Shown here: one piece after another, positions 14,938 to 15,398 of the stretch
How the letters are laid out: the number at the start of each line of letters is the position of its first letter
Position numbering within the stretch: position 1 is the stretch's first letter
Assembly (NCBI GenBank): GCA_043798915.1
Contig: JAZDOG010000069.1
Location: 1-15,398, forward strand
Length of the DNA: 15,398 bases
From: Pseudomonadota bacterium
GTDB lineage: Bacteria; UBA10199; 2-02-FULL-44-16; JAAZCA01
Reading direction: 5' to 3'
Notes under the pieces: generated by a model
Databases searched by the model: none
Seen by the model: the letters and a program-made list of their open reading frames with translations, nothing else
Told to the model about the DNA's origin: nothing
Made by a program: the position numbers and the translations under genes

Positions 14938-15398
14938 AACTCGTCAAACGATTGGATAATCAATTCGCCGAAGTTGTAAGGATGATTCATGAGGCCCGGT
15001 ATAATGCTATCAAGAGCGTCAACACCGAGCTGGTCAAACTATATTGGAGCATAGGCGGGTATATCAGCAAAAAGATCAAATCTGCAGAATGGGGCGATGC
15101 TGTTGTGGACAGCCTTGCCGATTTCATTCAAACTAACCACCAGGAATTTAAGGGTTTTACGCGACGGGGCCTTTACAGGATGCGCCAGTTTCATGAAACA
15201 TACCCGCAGAAGAAATTTGTGTCGGCAGTGCTGACACAAATTAGCTGGACCAACCATCTGCTCATACTCTCTAAAACTAAATCAATAGAGGAGCGTAAAT
15301 TCTATCTGATGTTATCCGTGAAGGAAAAATATAGTTCGCGCGAGCTTGAGCGTCAGATAGACAGCGGTTATTATGAACGAGCAATGCTTTCCAGGAAA
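14934..15398 (+). CDS. YhcG/DUF1016-family PD-(D/E)xK nuclease-domain protein, 5' part (runs off the window)
   Basis: Not in the ORF track because it has no stop. Manual translation: MKLVKRLDNQFAEVVRMIHEARYNAIKSVNTELVKLYWSIGGYIS...WGDAVVDSLADFI...KGFTRRGLYRMRQFHETY...ISWTNHLLILSKTKSIEERKFY...SSRELERQIDSGYYER. GGAG RBS at 14922-14925. Confidence 0.9.
   Translation, partial: MKLVKRLDNQFAEVVRMIHEARYNAIKSVNTELVKLYWSIGGYISKKIKSAEWGDAVVDSLADFIQTNHQEFKGFTRRGLYRMRQFHETYPQKKFVSAVLTQISWTNHLLILSKTKSIEERKFYLMLSVKEKYSSRELERQIDSGYYERAMLSRK

Noticed and set aside
7589..15398. Integron cassette array or prophage
   Set aside because: No integrase, no convincing attC (RYYYAAC...GTTRRRY) sites between genes, and no phage genes or tRNA attachment site seen.

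Overview
Bacterial window with two compartments. (1) A GC-rich, core-like block (~394-7588). On the minus strand: ychF, then a tightly overlapping three-gene operon of an ABC exporter with a C-terminal degenerate GGDEF-like domain that keeps an RxxD site, a short single-TM protein and an isochorismatase-family hydrolase. On the plus strand: an IPT/TIG + beta-propeller lipoprotein and rimO. A collapsed DUF4258/YgiT-type toxin-antitoxin remnant lies at the left edge. (2) A more AT-rich, mosaic defence-type island after rimO. It holds a 1102-aa nuclease-N6-MTase-specificity fusion (type IIG / type-ISP-like), an AlbA_2(Schlafen-like)-HATPase-wHTH protein, two hypotheticals, an internally deleted SEC-C gene, a truncated RhuM and a partial YhcG/DUF1016 gene. 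Non-coding structure is rich. An 83-bp REP-like inverted repeat pair (75/83 identical) brackets about 6.7 kb of cargo. A 284-bp transposase-less IS200/IS605-like element contains a REP doublet. A ~40-bp direct-repeat junction site occurs twice, and one copy is fully restored when the IS-like element is excised in silico. All family calls come from motif recognition by eye, not from database searches.
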